A DNA stretch of 64,000 nt from Gammaproteobacteria bacterium (GCA_021324305.1 JAJPJI010000029.1:9170-73169), one strand, 5' to 3'. Positions 11,609 to 22,591 are shown, numbered from the stretch's first letter. Program-made: numbers and translations. Notes: generated from the letters alone by a model not told the origin.

Positions 11609-12400
11609 TTACTTGCTTTGCTCATTTTCATCTGACTGATCATCTTCATCAGTGAGGTTGCTTTCAATCGCCGCTGCTTCAACTTCAATAAATTCATCAG
11701 CCGCTTCGCCACCGTCCAGCATGCTGGCACGTGCTTCCAGAATTACATCAGCAACACAGGATGCGAAGTACCGAATGGCACGAGTAGAGTCATCATTACC
11801 CGGGATAACATATGAGATACCGTCTGGATCATTGTTAGAGTCAACAATACCGACAACAGGAATGCCGAGACGATTTGCTTCACGAACAGCAATTTTCTCA
11901 TGACCAACATCGACAACAAACAGCGCGTCTGGAATACCGCCCATGTTTTTGATACCGCCAAGGCTGCTCATTAACTTGTCTTTTTCACGTTCCAGGCCAA
12001 GGATTTCCTTCTTGGTGAGACGACCAAACTTGCCTGAATCAAACATGCTTTCCAGCTCCTTGAGACGCTTGATGGATTGACGAATGGTTTTGTAGTTCGT
12101 CAACATACCACCCAGCCATCTGCGATTCACGTAAGGCATTTTGCAGCGTTCTGCTTCCTGCTGGATAATATCCTGAGCAGCATACTTGGTACCAACGAAG
12201 AGAATCTTGCCCTTCTTGGCTGCGGTGCTGCTAATAAAATTCAGTGCATCCTGGAATAATGGCAGGGTTTTGCCGAGATCGATAATATGGATTTTGTTAC
12301 GGGATCCATAAATATAAGCCCCCATTTTGGGGTTCCAGTAACGGGTTTGGTGGCCAAAATGTACGCCAGCTTTCAACATATCTTGAATAGATACTTGCAT
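11609..12400 (-). CDS. rpsB: 30S ribosomal protein S2
   Basis: [34 protein letters not shown]. Confidence 0.99.
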   Translation of the reverse strand: MQVSIQDMLKAGVHFGHQTRYWNPKMGAYIYGSRNKIHIIDLGKTLPLFQDALNFISSTAAKKGKILFVGTKYAAQDIIQQEAERCKMPYVNRRWLGGMLTNYKTIRQSIKRLKELESMFDSGKFGRLTKKEILGLEREKDKLMSSLGGIKNMGGIPDALFVVDVGHEKIAVREANRLGIPVVGIVDSNNDPDGISYVIPGNDDSTRAIRYFASCVADVILEARASMLDGGEAADEFIEVEAAAIESNLTDEDDQSDENEQSK

Positions 12401-12414
12401 CTTTATTTCCTCTT

Positions 12415-12500
12415 TGGGTTAAGCCTCCGCCTATCCTGTCCGCCAACCCGGTCGTTAACCTGACAAGGCACCCGGCGAAAAGTTGAGATAAGCGTGTGGA
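12415..12500 (-). promoter_or_regulatory. rpsB leader (S2 autoregulatory/t44-like RNA structure)
   Basis: Minus strand ccacacgcttatc...gccgggtgcc...gataggcggaggcttaaccc resembles the gammaproteobacterial rpsB 5'UTR: paired acgcttatc/gataggcg followed by GGAGGC-TAACCC. Confidence 0.75.
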
Positions 12501-12671
12501 CTAAGTAATTTAAGTAGTTATTGCTTAATAAAGCACGTCTTTATACCATAGAACGCCAGCAATCAACAATATGCAGCATTACATATAGTATAGTAGGTAG
12601 TTCCAAAGAAGACGGCAGAACAGGCTTACGGTTGGATCAAGCCTCAAAGAATATGAATTTTAAGGTCAAAA

Positions 12672-13442
12672 ATGACAGAAATCACCATCAAGAACAACGA
12701 AGATATTGAAAAAATGCGCATCGCAGGACGGTTGGCTGCTGAAGTCCTGGAGATGATAACTCCCTATGTAAAAGAAGGAGTTACGACTGATGAGCTGGAT
12801 AAAATCTGCCACGATTATATAGTCAATGTCCAGCAGGCCATTCCAGCACCGCTCAACTATCACGGGTATCCCAAGTCAATCTGCACATCGGTCAATCACC
12901 AGGTATGCCATGGCATCCCCGGGCCCAGAAAGCTTAAGAACGGCGACATTGTCAATATTGATGTCACCGTACTGAAAGACGGTTACCATGGTGACACCAG
13001 TAAAATGTTTCTCATCGGCAAACCTTCGATACTGGCCGAGCGGCTGGTCAAAGTCACCCATGAATGCATGCTTCTCGGTATAGAACAAGTCAGACCGGGC
13101 GCGCATCTGGGCGATATTGGAGCAGCCATACAGGAACATGCCGAGAAAAACCGCTTCACAGTCGTGAGGGAGTATTGTGGACACGGGATCGGTAAAATAT
13201 TTCATGAACCTCCCAATGTACTGCATTATGGCAAGCGCGGCACAGGTGACGAACTCAGGCCAGGAATGATTTTCACCATTGAACCCATGATCAATGCTGG
13301 TAAACGGGATGTCAAACTGTTACCGGACAACTGGACAGTGGTAACCAAGGATCATAGCCTCTCCGCTCAATGGGAACATACCATTCTGGTAACAGAATCA
13401 GGATATGAAATATTAACGCTGCGTGCCGAAGAACGAATATAA
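12672..13442 (+). CDS. map: Methionine aminopeptidase type I
   Basis: [17 protein letters not shown]...DTS, GHGIG, EPM, EHT metal ligands; divergent from rpsB. Confidence 0.98.
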   Translation: MTEITIKNNEDIEKMRIAGRLAAEVLEMITPYVKEGVTTDELDKICHDYIVNVQQAIPAPLNYHGYPKSICTSVNHQVCHGIPGPRKLKNGDIVNIDVTVLKDGYHGDTSKMFLIGKPSILAERLVKVTHECMLLGIEQVRPGAHLGDIGAAIQEHAEKNRFTVVREYCGHGIGKIFHEPPNVLHYGKRGTGDELRPGMIFTIEPMINAGKRDVKLLPDNWTVVTKDHSLSAQWEHTILVTESGYEILTLRAEERI

Positions 13443-13504
13443 GCCTGGCGAAAATGCCGAACCAATTTGAACCCGCTTTAAAATTTCTAAAAAAGGAGAA
13501 ACAC

Positions 13505-14080
13505 ATGTTCGAATTACCCAAATTACCTTATGCGATGGATGCCCTGCAGCCGCATATCTCGAAGGAAACCCTGGAATATCATTACGGCAAACACCACCAG
13601 GCCTATGTCAACAATCTGAATAATCTGACCAAAGATACTGAATTCGCCGGTAAATCCCTGGAAGAAATCATTATGAAAGCATCTGGCGGCATCTTTAATA
13701 ACGCTGCCCAAGTGTGGAACCATACGTTTTACTGGAATTGTCTGACACCAAAAAGCGCTGGTGAACCCAATGGAAAACTGGCCGATGCCATAAAGAAAAA
13801 ATTTGGCTCATTCGAAGAATTCAAAAAATTATTCAGTCAGTCAGCAACAACCCTGTTTGGTTCCGGCTGGACCTGGCTTGCCAAGAATGCCCAAGGTGAA
13901 CTGGAAATCATGAACACCGGCAACGCGGGTCTGCCCATGAAAGATAACAAACAGGCATTGCTTACATGTGATGTGTGGGAACATGCCTATTACATTGATT
14001 ACCGGAATGTCCGCGCCAGTTATGTGGAAAATTTCTGGAAAATCGTCAACTGGGATTTTGTCGCACAAAATTTTGCGTAA
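13505..14080 (+). CDS. sodB: Fe superoxide dismutase
   Basis: [19 protein letters not shown] (Fe-type Gln), DVWEHAYY. Start 13505 after AAGGAG. Confidence 0.95.
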   Translation: MFELPKLPYAMDALQPHISKETLEYHYGKHHQAYVNNLNNLTKDTEFAGKSLEEIIMKASGGIFNNAAQVWNHTFYWNCLTPKSAGEPNGKLADAIKKKFGSFEEFKKLFSQSATTLFGSGWTWLAKNAQGELEIMNTGNAGLPMKDNKQALLTCDVWEHAYYIDYRNVRASYVENFWKIVNWDFVAQNFA

Positions 14081-14100
14081 CAAGCCGATTCAATTTGCAA

Positions 14101-14132
14101 AAATCCCTCTGGCATAAATGCCAGAGGGATTT
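14101..14132. terminator. Bidirectional intrinsic terminator between sodB and the calpain-like gene
   Basis: 14-bp perfect stem aaatccctctggca/tgccagagggattt between convergent genes. Confidence 0.8.
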
Positions 14133-14149
14133 ACACTGAAAGCCATTTC

Positions 14150-15553
14150 TTAATTCAGTCTTTGTTCGGGTTTATCTTGATAGTGTTTTTCAACACGCTT
14201 GTTGATCGCTTCCACTGAAACACAATCCATTGCATCGATATATTGAAATGCCTCGCAGAAATCACTCAATTCCATACGCGAAGTCGAGCTATTGGACGTT
14301 TGCACCTTGACTTCCCATCCGGTTTCATCATGCTTGCTCTTGACATCGATGGATGACCGGCTGCCCTTGAGGAGCAGCTTGGACAGAAACGGCCTGTCTT
14401 CGCCATAGGGATTGCGCACCAGAACATATTTCCGCCTGGTCTCGGCATTATCTTCTACTCCCACAACAGCATATGCGTGCAAGGGAATAATACCGTCAGG
14501 CTGCTCAACTTTTTCGCCGCTGCTGACGGATACAGGATAATTATTCTCAAGACGCTTTTTCAGATTTACAAATAATTCCAGCGCATCGTAAGAGTAGTGA
14601 TGTGAAAACTTTGGCCCAGGCAAAATATGATTATTCGTAACCCAGTCCTTTACTTGCTTGACCGCTGATTCAACTTCCACTTCAACCGGATGCTGCTTCA
14701 GGAATTCCGTGAAGTGATGCAGACAAACTGGATGCTGATGAGTAATTACCTCCTTCCAGGCGACTCTTTTATTTTTGATCCATGCTTTCCATAAATTAAA
14801 TAACTGTTTGTCCTTGTTAAACACCAGTTCATAAATACGTTCCTGAATATTCTTTGGCGTTTGATCGCTGAGCCGCATCAGTTCATGAAATGCATAGATA
14901 CCGTTACCGTCTATATAAGTATTCATCGTAGACAAAGGCGACCTGGCTTGCACCGGGAATGAGCAATACCCTTCAAAATTTGAATAATTGGTTGCGCCTG
15001 TGAGCGCTTCGATCACTTTTTCAGTATGGCCCTTGTCGAGAACAGAATATTTACCGCCGCGAAACATCGCGTATGCTTTTTCAATGAGTTTCACCCATAA
15101 TGCGCCGGAACTTAAAATACCAAAATTCGTTGGCACGGATTTTTCCACAGCAAGAAAATGCGGCTTTCGATAATCATCAAAAAACCTGACAATGACATGG
15201 TCTCCCATATCCTTGATCATGCTTCGGATGATTTTGTTGCCGTCCGGGAGTGCCACAATGGCAGCAAGAGCAGCTAAAAGATAACAGTCTCCGGTAAAAC
15301 CGCCCTGCTTGATGTCATGGATGGAAGGATCTCCGGCAAAAACATCTTCATTTATCATCACATGATTTATACTTCTGAACATGGACGTGCCTTCAGGATT
15401 TTTACCTTTGATGATTTCTGCCTCGGCAGGAATCATCAGGCTACCTTTTGGGGACTTTTCATCCGTGTTTGATTTTGTCAAATTTGACATTTCTTCATCT
15501 TTTTCTGATTCTGTGAAAGATGATTTAAAAACACTGAAATTTCTAAAAGCCAT
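14150..15553 (-). CDS. Calpain-like (peptidase C2) cysteine protease, putative effector
   Basis: DIKQGGFTGDCYLLAAL (Cys), LWVKLIEKAYA, EALTG, HAYAV (His), VRNPYG (Asn). Start may be 15490. Confidence 0.88.
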   Translation of the reverse strand: MAFRNFSVFKSSFTESEKDEEMSNLTKSNTDEKSPKGSLMIPAEAEIIKGKNPEGTSMFRSINHVMINEDVFAGDPSIHDIKQGGFTGDCYLLAALAAIVALPDGNKIIRSMIKDMGDHVIVRFFDDYRKPHFLAVEKSVPTNFGILSSGALWVKLIEKAYAMFRGGKYSVLDKGHTEKVIEALTGATNYSNFEGYCSFPVQARSPLSTMNTYIDGNGIYAFHELMRLSDQTPKNIQERIYELVFNKDKQLFNLWKAWIKNKRVAWKEVITHQHPVCLHHFTEFLKQHPVEVEVESAVKQVKDWVTNNHILPGPKFSHHYSYDALELFVNLKKRLENNYPVSVSSGEKVEQPDGIIPLHAYAVVGVEDNAETRRKYVLVRNPYGEDRPFLSKLLLKGSRSSIDVKSKHDETGWEVKVQTSNSSTSRMELSDFCEAFQYIDAMDCVSVEAINKRVEKHYQDKPEQRLN

Positions 15554-15667
15554 GATAGTTGTTTCTTGTGCAATTGAATGAGCAACTATCTTATCATAGT
15601 CATTCTTAGGGTAAGCTTATTACTAAAAGCACTTATTTATAAATGACTTACAGAGGACTCTCCCAAA

Positions 15668-16027
15668 ATGTCAGACAGTATAGATGTTAATGAATTAAAA
15701 ACTCTCTTACAGCAATTTGCAGACGCCAGAGACTGGAACCAGTTTCATACCCCAAAAAATTTATCCATGGCACTGGCTGGCGAATCGGGGGAATTGCTGG
15801 AAATATTCCAGTGGATGTCTGACAGTGAATCCCTGTCTGCAAAATCAGATGCTGCAATCAGGGAAAAAACCGCGCATGAACTCGCTGACATCATGCTTTA
15901 CCTTGTTCGGCTTGCCGGGCTCATGAATATCAATTTAAGCAAGGCCATCAAGGAGAAGCTCATTCTCAACAGTCAAAAATATCCGGCTGATCTAGTAAAA
16001 GGCAGCGCAAGGAAATCAGGTAAATAA
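15668..16027 (+). CDS. MazG-like nucleotide pyrophosphohydrolase
   Basis: RDWNQFHTPKNLSMALAGESGELLEIFQW...ELADIMLY family pattern. Confidence 0.9.
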   Translation: MSDSIDVNELKTLLQQFADARDWNQFHTPKNLSMALAGESGELLEIFQWMSDSESLSAKSDAAIREKTAHELADIMLYLVRLAGLMNINLSKAIKEKLILNSQKYPADLVKGSARKSGK

Positions 16028-16813
16028 CACGGGTTCACATGACACCGCATTAGTCAAAGAGGCGAGAATATATTCATACCTTGCCTCCGCTGCGAGGGAT
16101 TCGGTAATTGCCGTCATGACTGGCTGTGCAAGTTCAGTGCAACGTTGCGCATCGCCATGTCTTGCAGCTGCAAGACGTACCATTGCCAGAGCCCACGCAG
16201 GATAATCATTTGATGCAGCAGACCGAAGCAAGCCAAATGATAATGCATCCATGACTGTTTGCTGGTGTGTCAAAGTTAGTATCCGGGAAAATGCATCATC
16301 ATACATTTCATCATCCCTGGCAGCTGATGCTGCCAGCAGACACATGATCCACCCCCAAATGGCATTCGATAAATGCGCCTGTGAGTTGTGTGCAGCATGA
16401 TCTGCTGATAACTTCTCACATTCCCGACGCATGCGGTTTTTTGCAAACATATATTCTTCGTGGTTGATCCCGGCAAGATATCCCCAGGCCCAGCAGGAAT
16501 AAGCATCGGCTGTTTTCAGGCTAACCAATAATTCCCTGAGACGCACACAGGCATTTGCTGCATTGACTTCATCCCGCATCAGACCCGCGGCAAACACAAT
16601 TCGTCCATAAATCCATGCCTTGAAAGAATCGGCTGCATTGATGAATGCAATACCATCAAGCAAATCCATCATTGCTGAAATATTTTTTTTGTAATACGCA
16701 TTATCTTTAAGCAGTGCACCAGCCATCAGCAGCATGCTCAGGCAATAGATATCTTCTTTGGCTTCTTCAAAAAGAACATCCATTTCATTAATGATTCGCT
16801 GATCGATTTTCAT
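16016..16813 (-). CDS. Hypothetical Trp/Ala-rich helical protein
   Basis: 265-aa ORF whose ATG follows the phytase TAA by 1 nt; no motif recognised. Confidence 0.75.
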   Translation of the reverse strand: MKIDQRIINEMDVLFEEAKEDIYCLSMLLMAGALLKDNAYYKKNISAMMDLLDGIAFINAADSFKAWIYGRIVFAAGLMRDEVNAANACVRLRELLVSLKTADAYSCWAWGYLAGINHEEYMFAKNRMRRECEKLSADHAAHNSQAHLSNAIWGWIMCLLAASAARDDEMYDDAFSRILTLTHQQTVMDALSFGLLRSAASNDYPAWALAMVRLAAARHGDAQRCTELAQPVMTAITESLAAEARYEYILASLTNAVSCEPVLFT

Positions 16814-16814
16814 T

Positions 16815-17738
16815 TTAGGTGGACTTGGTTATTTGTTTCCATTCCGTCCAGAGTGTCTGGAAATTATCAGTATTAGTGCGGGAATATGCATAAAACTGTT
16901 GTAAAAATTTCAATCGGTTCACTGCCCATTTATATTTGAAATTTTTCTTGTTTGGCAACCGTGTTAAATCCTTACCGCCTAATGCAGTCTGGCGTGCCAT
17001 GATGTCTGCAAACGAAACCTTTTTGGCATTACGCATCATGTCATACATCGCCATGAAAACTGTCGTCCTTCCAACGCCGCCGCGGCAGTGGAAAAAAATC
17101 CACTCATCTTTAGGCAGCTCATTGACAATACTGATGAAACGGTCGACCTGATCAGCAGCGGGAGCATGAAAGTCCTGAACGTAAATGCGCTGGTATCTCA
17201 CACCCATTCCGGAGAGGAATTCCTGCTCGGTAGATGTTTGATGGACCAGAAATTCAATCGGTTTGACTTTTTCGATTTCTCCTTCATCTGACTTTTTCAC
17301 TATTTGATTCACAAGTGCAATTTCATCTTCGCCCAATGTGATCAAAAGCTGGGATTGCCGCGTCTCAATTTGTTCAGGTGATTTTCCGGCATTTGCCGCA
17401 TCGCGCGGGCCATACCAGCTTACGGCATTCCCATTTAACATCCCGTGCGATTCCTGGCGCAAATCAATTACAAGCAGTTTGTCTGTCTGCATGCGCTCGC
17501 GAGCCAGTTTGAATGCCAACGCAGAAAACTGCCCTGACCCGGCAGCGTGCAATTCAGCCAATCCTGTCGGATTGACTGATTGGGGCAGTACATTTGAAGT
17601 TGTCCGGAAATGCTTGGGTAATTCAGGTGAATTCCGCATGTCCAGCACCAGCAGCGGACGATAATAATTCGCCCAAACCATAGCGCTTGCGCACATTATC
17701 AGAATGAATGTCGTCCCCAGCAATAGACTTTTTAGCAA
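16815..17738 (-). CDS. PTP-like (cysteine) phytase / inositol polyphosphate phosphatase with signal peptide
   Basis: HCRGGVGRTT (CX5R), SGSGQFS, DLRQESHG, DFHAP. Probable TTG start at 17738 after AAGGA gives signal peptide MLKSLLLGTTFILIMCASAMVWA. Confidence 0.9.
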   Translation of the reverse strand: MLKSLLLGTTFILIMCASAMVWANYYRPLLVLDMRNSPELPKHFRTTSNVLPQSVNPTGLAELHAAGSGQFSALAFKLARERMQTDKLLVIDLRQESHGMLNGNAVSWYGPRDAANAGKSPEQIETRQSQLLITLGEDEIALVNQIVKKSDEGEIEKVKPIEFLVHQTSTEQEFLSGMGVRYQRIYVQDFHAPAADQVDRFISIVNELPKDEWIFFHCRGGVGRTTVFMAMYDMMRNAKKVSFADIMARQTALGGKDLTRLPNKKNFKYKWAVNRLKFLQQFYAYSRTNTDNFQTLWTEWKQITKST

Positions 17739-17835
17739 TATCTTGTCCTTTTGATTGGTGATGCCGTCAAAAATATCATTGTTGAATCGCACACTCAGGC
17801 GCCTGTCCTGCCGCGCCGCAATCTCATGCTTTGGA

Positions 17836-18159
17836 CTAATGTCGTGAAGTATGCCGCTCGAGTATTTCAGCTTGCTGTCGTAATTCCCTGAGTTCATCCA
17901 GCAAATCCAGCACCAGCGCCACCCCCGCCAGATTGATTTCCAGATCACGCTGCAAACGCAATGCCGTCTTTATCTTCTGTAGTTCGGTGAGATCAAACAT
18001 CCACTCGGAATGATTGATATGGGTTGGATGAATAATTCCATAGGCAACCAGATCATGAATGATGTCTGTTGAAATCTGGCAAATTTGGCATAGTTCATCC
18101 AGAGTCAGGAATGTCTCTTGAGAATAATCTGCAACAATCATCAGTTCATGTTTTACCAT
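17836..18159 (-). CDS. cbpM: Chaperone modulator CbpM
   Basis: LTLDELCQ, LVAYGII.P, RLQRDLEINLAGVALVLDLLDE; directly downstream of cbpA. Confidence 0.88.
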   Translation of the reverse strand: MVKHELMIVADYSQETFLTLDELCQICQISTDIIHDLVAYGIIHPTHINHSEWMFDLTELQKIKTALRLQRDLEINLAGVALVLDLLDELRELRQQAEILERHTSRH

Positions 18160-18167
18160 ACGATCTC

Positions 18168-19136
18168 TCACACCTGCCAGTGACTTCGAGGATTAAACGG
18201 CATCATCTGTGACATTTTCTCATATAATTGACGCTGCTCATCATTGTTAGCCTGAGGGGTTTCAATCTGCAATATGGCATATTGATCACCCGGCTCCGGC
18301 TTGCCTGGCATACCGCGCCCTTTTAATCGCAGCTTTTGACCTGACTGTGAGTTCGGTGCCAGTTTTAATCCAACACGACCGCCCAAGGTGGGTATTTTGA
18401 TTTCTGCACCCAGTGCTGCTTCCCAGGGCGTCACCGGCAAGGTGAGATAGACATCTTTATCTTTCAGCGAAAACAGCGGATGAGGCTGAATTTCAACTTC
18501 CAGGTAAAGATCGCCAGCTTCACCGCCATTCATTCCCGGACCACCTTGTTTTGCAAGACGTAGTTGCTGCCCTGCTATAGCGCCTGCTGGTATATTCACC
18601 TTGATTGTTCGCAATGATTGACGAATTTGACCGGATGAATCAATTTCAGGCATTTGCAACTGGAGTGTTTTAGTGGTGCCGTGAAACGCTTCATCCAGAG
18701 TAATTTTGATTTTTGCATGTTCATCATTGCCGCGCTGCCTGAACCTGGAAAACTCATCACCATGAGACCTGGACCGCGACTCGGACCGGCCGAATAAATT
18801 TGCAAAAAAATCGCTAAACCCGCCCCAATCTCTTTCAGAAAAAGCACCGCTATCATCCGATGTATAGAAATGGGTTTTGGCATCCCATCCCGGCGGCGGC
18901 CTGAATTCCTGGCCCTGTTTCCAATTACTGCCAAGCTGATCATATGCAGCACGTTTCTCGGGGTCTTTTAAAACCTCATAGGCTTCCTGCAGGTTTTTGA
19001 ATTTTTCTTCCGCATTTGCTTCTTTGCTGACATCAGGATGATATTTTCTGGCAAGGCGCCGATAGGCCTGCTTGATATCATCCTGCGTTGCTTTTCTATC
19101 TACACCTAAAACAGCGTAATAGTCTTTGTATTCCAT
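18168..19136 (-). CDS. cbpA: Curved-DNA-binding DnaJ-class co-chaperone CbpA
   Basis: J domain (KDYY, YHPD), no Zn finger, [15 protein letters not shown]. Confidence 0.93.
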   Translation of the reverse strand: MEYKDYYAVLGVDRKATQDDIKQAYRRLARKYHPDVSKEANAEEKFKNLQEAYEVLKDPEKRAAYDQLGSNWKQGQEFRPPPGWDAKTHFYTSDDSGAFSERDWGGFSDFFANLFGRSESRSRSHGDEFSRFRQRGNDEHAKIKITLDEAFHGTTKTLQLQMPEIDSSGQIRQSLRTIKVNIPAGAIAGQQLRLAKQGGPGMNGGEAGDLYLEVEIQPHPLFSLKDKDVYLTLPVTPWEAALGAEIKIPTLGGRVGLKLAPNSQSGQKLRLKGRGMPGKPEPGDQYAILQIETPQANNDEQRQLYEKMSQMMPFNPRSHWQV

Positions 19137-19145
19137 GTATGCTAA

Positions 19146-19583
19146 TTATTGCTCTTCTGGTAAACGTACGGTTAACACATCACACTTCGCGCCATGAAGA
19201 ATGGCATTTGCGGTAGAACCCAGCAAAAGCGATAACCCGTGACGGCCATGACTTCCGCATATGATTAGGTCCACACCGATGTCTTCAGCGGTCTTGAGGA
19301 TTTTGGTTTTTGTTGGCCCAACTTCAATATATTGATCACCCGATCCCACATTTAATTTACCGCCGAGTTTTTCTATGGATTGGCGCGCTTCGGTAAGCAA
19401 TTGGCCTTCGATATCTTCAATCCCAAGGTAGGCATAACTATAGCCCGGCAACGGCTCAACAACATGAATCAGACTGAGTTTCGCACCGGTAAAACTGCGC
19501 ATGGTGCGGACTTTTTCAAGCAGATATTCAGTATCTTCCGTTAAGTCAGTTGCGAATAGAATGTGTTTATACATATATGTCAT
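19146..19583 (-). CDS. Universal stress protein (UspA family)
   Basis: YKHILFATD, DLIICGSHGRHG, LLGSTANAILHGAKCDVL. Confidence 0.95.
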   Translation of the reverse strand: MTYMYKHILFATDLTEDTEYLLEKVRTMRSFTGAKLSLIHVVEPLPGYSYAYLGIEDIEGQLLTEARQSIEKLGGKLNVGSGDQYIEVGPTKTKILKTAEDIGVDLIICGSHGRHGLSLLLGSTANAILHGAKCDVLTVRLPEEQ

Positions 19584-19625
19584 CCTTTATCGGTATGTAT
19601 GGTTGAGGACGCTAGTATCGTTAAA

Positions 19626-22217
19626 TCAAACCGTTGCTTTTTCCTTGGTAAATTCGATACGGTCTTTATTTAATCCTACATGGATTGTATCGCCAGGTAT
19701 GAATTTACCGGACAAGATTTCTTGTGCCAAAGGATTTTCAATATGAAACTGTATGGCGCGCTTTAACGGCCTTGCCCCATAAACAGGATCATACCCGGTA
19801 GCAGCCAAATAATCCAATGCTTCATCGGAAATCGAGATTCCATACTCACGCTCAGCCAGTCGTGCATGCAAGCGTTTGATTTGAATCTGTGCAATCATCT
19901 TGATTTGTTCTTTATCAAGCGGATGGAAGACAACGATTTCATCAATACGGTTAATAAATTCCGGGCGGAAGTGTTTACCAACCACACCCATTACCGCTTC
20001 CTTCATTTCGAAATAATCACCGTGTCTGGAAATATCCTGTATGAGTTCAGAGCCAAGGTTGGAGGTCATGACAATGACTGTGTTCTTGAAATCAACCGTA
20101 CGTCCCTGGCTGTCTGTCAAACGGCCGTCATCCAGTATTTGCAACAATACATTAAAGACATCAGGATGTGCTTTTTCCATTTCATCCAGCAAAATCACAG
20201 AATAAGGTTTACGTCGCACCTGTTCGGTCAGATAACCACCCTCTTCATATCCTACATAACCGGGAGGTGCGCCCAGTATGCGTGACACCGAATGTTTTTC
20301 CATGAATTCAGACATATCAAGACGAATCATGGCTTCTTCCGTATCAAATAAGAATTCAGCCAGCGATTTGCAAAGCTCCGTTTTTCCTACACCCGTCGGA
20401 CCCAGGAACAAAAACGACCCGATAGGCTTGTTAGGGTCGCCTAATCCCGCACGTGAGCGGCGAATCGCATTACAGACCGCTGTCACCGCCTGGCTTTGAC
20501 CTACAATGCGTTTATGCAGCGCTTCTTCCATTTTCAGTAATTTGGATTTTTCACTCTCAAGCATTTTCGAAACAGGAATGTGTGTCCATTTGGAAACAAC
20601 TTCGGCAATTTCTTCATCGGTAACCTTGTTGCGTAACAGCTGCTTTTCTTTTTTCTGACCGCCCGTCGTTGCCTCAGCCAACTGCTTTTCCAGCTCGGGA
20701 ATACGGGCATATTGCAATTCTGCCATACGGGTCAAATCACTCGCACGCCGTGCATTATCAAATTCCATGCGTGCTCTTTCCAGTTCGGTTTTTATTGCCT
20801 GCGTATCCTGCAAGGATCCCTTCTCTGCTTTCCAGACAGATTCCAGCTGCTTGTACTCCTGTTCCAGCTTATGCAAATCTGCTTCGAGCTTTTCCAGGTG
20901 CTTCCTGGATCCCTCATCGGATTCTTTCTTTAATGCTTCGCGTTCAATCTTAAGCTGTATGATGCGGCGTTCCAGATTGTCCATTATTTCCGGTTTGGAA
21001 TCGATCTCCATACGGATGTTGCTTCCCGCCTCATCAATCAGGTCAATAGCTTTATCAGGCAGGTTACGGTCTGTGATATAACGATGCGACAAAGTTGCGG
21101 CAGCCACAATCGCCGCATCCGTAATTTCCACACCATGATGTACTTCATAGCGTTCTTTCAAGCCACGCAAAATTGCAATCGTATCTGGTACCGATGGTTC
21201 ATCCACCAACACACGCTGGAAACGGCGCTCCAATGCTGCGTCTTTTTCCACATATTTTCGGTATTCATCCAGCGTGGTCGCACCAACGCAGTGCAATTCA
21301 CCGCGAGCCAAAGCCGGTTTCAGCATGTTCCCAGCATCCATGGAACCTTCAGCCTTGCCGGCACCAACCATGGTATGCAACTCATCGATGAATAAGATAA
21401 TCTGGCCTTCCTGTTTGGACAATTCCTTTAAGACTGCCTTTAGCCGCTCTTCAAATTCACCACGGAATTTCGCACCCGCAATCAATGCACCCAGATCAAG
21501 CGCAAGCAATCGCTTGTCACGCAAGCCTTCAGGTACTTCTCCATTAACAATGCGCTGGGCAAGACCTTCAACAATTGCTGTTTTACCTACGCCTGGCTCA
21601 CCGATTAGCACCGGATTATTCTTGGTCCTGCGCTGCAATACCTGTATTGTGCGACGGATTTCCGCATCCCTTCCAATCACGGGATCCAGCTTCCCCTGGC
21701 CAGCAAGCGCCGTGAGATCCACCGTATATTTGGCAAGTGCATTGCGCTGGTCTTCTGCATTTGGGTCCTCGACCGTCTGTCCACCGCGCTCTTCCTCAAT
21801 GGCTTTTTCGATAGAGGCTTTTGTTGCGCCGCACTTGCGCAGGATATCGCCTAATGTTCCATTGTCTTCAATGCCCGCAAGCAGGAAAAGTTCGCTGGAA
21901 ATGTACTGGTCTTTACGTTTTTGCGCGAGTTTGTCAGTGAGATTTAATATCCGGGTCAGTTCATTGGAAACATGCACTTCACCGCCTGTGCCCTCCACTT
22001 TTGGCAAACGTTTAATGGCGGTATCCAGCTCGGAACGTAATTTGGGCAGGTTGGCATTCGCTTTCGCGAGTATCGAAGATATACTGCCGCCTTCCTGGTC
22101 AAGCAACACTTTCATCACGTGTACCGGTTCAATCACAGCATGATCATTGCCCAGGGCAAGTGATTGGGCATCCGCTAACGCCATCTGAAATTTGCTGGTT
22201 AATTTATCCATGCGCAT
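19626..22217 (-). CDS. clpB: ATP-dependent disaggregase ClpB
   Basis: Two AAA+ modules ([16 protein letters not shown]), middle coiled coil, GYVGY pore loop. Confidence 0.98.
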   Translation of the reverse strand: MRMDKLTSKFQMALADAQSLALGNDHAVIEPVHVMKVLLDQEGGSISSILAKANANLPKLRSELDTAIKRLPKVEGTGGEVHVSNELTRILNLTDKLAQKRKDQYISSELFLLAGIEDNGTLGDILRKCGATKASIEKAIEEERGGQTVEDPNAEDQRNALAKYTVDLTALAGQGKLDPVIGRDAEIRRTIQVLQRRTKNNPVLIGEPGVGKTAIVEGLAQRIVNGEVPEGLRDKRLLALDLGALIAGAKFRGEFEERLKAVLKELSKQEGQIILFIDELHTMVGAGKAEGSMDAGNMLKPALARGELHCVGATTLDEYRKYVEKDAALERRFQRVLVDEPSVPDTIAILRGLKERYEVHHGVEITDAAIVAAATLSHRYITDRNLPDKAIDLIDEAGSNIRMEIDSKPEIMDNLERRIIQLKIEREALKKESDEGSRKHLEKLEADLHKLEQEYKQLESVWKAEKGSLQDTQAIKTELERARMEFDNARRASDLTRMAELQYARIPELEKQLAEATTGGQKKEKQLLRNKVTDEEIAEVVSKWTHIPVSKMLESEKSKLLKMEEALHKRIVGQSQAVTAVCNAIRRSRAGLGDPNKPIGSFLFLGPTGVGKTELCKSLAEFLFDTEEAMIRLDMSEFMEKHSVSRILGAPPGYVGYEEGGYLTEQVRRKPYSVILLDEMEKAHPDVFNVLLQILDDGRLTDSQGRTVDFKNTVIVMTSNLGSELIQDISRHGDYFEMKEAVMGVVGKHFRPEFINRIDEIVVFHPLDKEQIKMIAQIQIKRLHARLAEREYGISISDEALDYLAATGYDPVYGARPLKRAIQFHIENPLAQEILSGKFIPGDTIHVGLNKDRIEFTKEKATV

Positions 22218-22252
22218 GTTTACTGGCCTCTCTTTTGTATTCTATTTCTTTA

Positions 22253-22280
22253 AGATGAGGGCAGTTTGAACGAGTTCAAG
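22253..22280 (-). promoter_or_regulatory. Sigma-32 heat-shock promoter of clpB
   Basis: Minus strand CTTGAA-N14-CCTCATCT versus consensus CTTGAA-N13-17-CCCCATNT, about 35 nt upstream of the clpB ATG. Confidence 0.75.
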
Positions 22281-22345
22281 TAAATTAATTTATTATTTTT
22301 TAAAGCGTAAGTCGATGAATATTAATACTATTGTGTAATTAAGAC

Positions 22346-22418
22346 TGGGTCGTCTGCGATTCGAACGCAGGACCAACAGGTTAAAAGCCTGCTGCTCTAC
22401 CGACTGAGCTAACGACCC
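22346..22418 (-). tRNA. tRNA-Lys(UUU), 3' CCA not encoded
   Basis: GGGTCGT/ACGACCC acceptor, GCTC/GAGC D-stem, anticodon loop CTTTTAA, T-arm CTGCG-TTCGAAT-CGCAG. Confidence 0.97.
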
Positions 22419-22457
22419 ATTTGACAAGACAAGCAATCATGTCCAGCAGAGCCGCAT

Positions 22458-22485
22458 ATATTACTGATTCTCAGGAAAATATCAA
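22458..22485 (-). promoter_or_regulatory. Sigma-70-type promoter for tRNA-Lys
   Basis: TTGATA-N16-TAATAT followed by a GC-rich discriminator (GCGGC). Confidence 0.5.
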
Positions 22486-22591
22486 CGCCTGGATGCAGTC
22501 AGAACGCATATGACATCACCCGGGCATCGGTACACGCTCATTTACACAGGCTGTACGACAACCCAGACAGTATTTGCATTGGATAGACCAG

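Noticed and set aside
15533-15546. LetA/GacA-like box (actgaaatttctaa) near the calpain start
   Set aside because: Two mismatches to TNAGAAATTTCTNA in AT-rich DNA and no GGA-rich Rsm sRNA next to it.
21274-22143. 289-aa plus-strand ORF
   Set aside because: Antisense shadow of clpB. The same applies to the long antisense ORFs over yebC (39297-39836), lpdA (51324-52091), aceF (52516-53136), aspS and lpxD.
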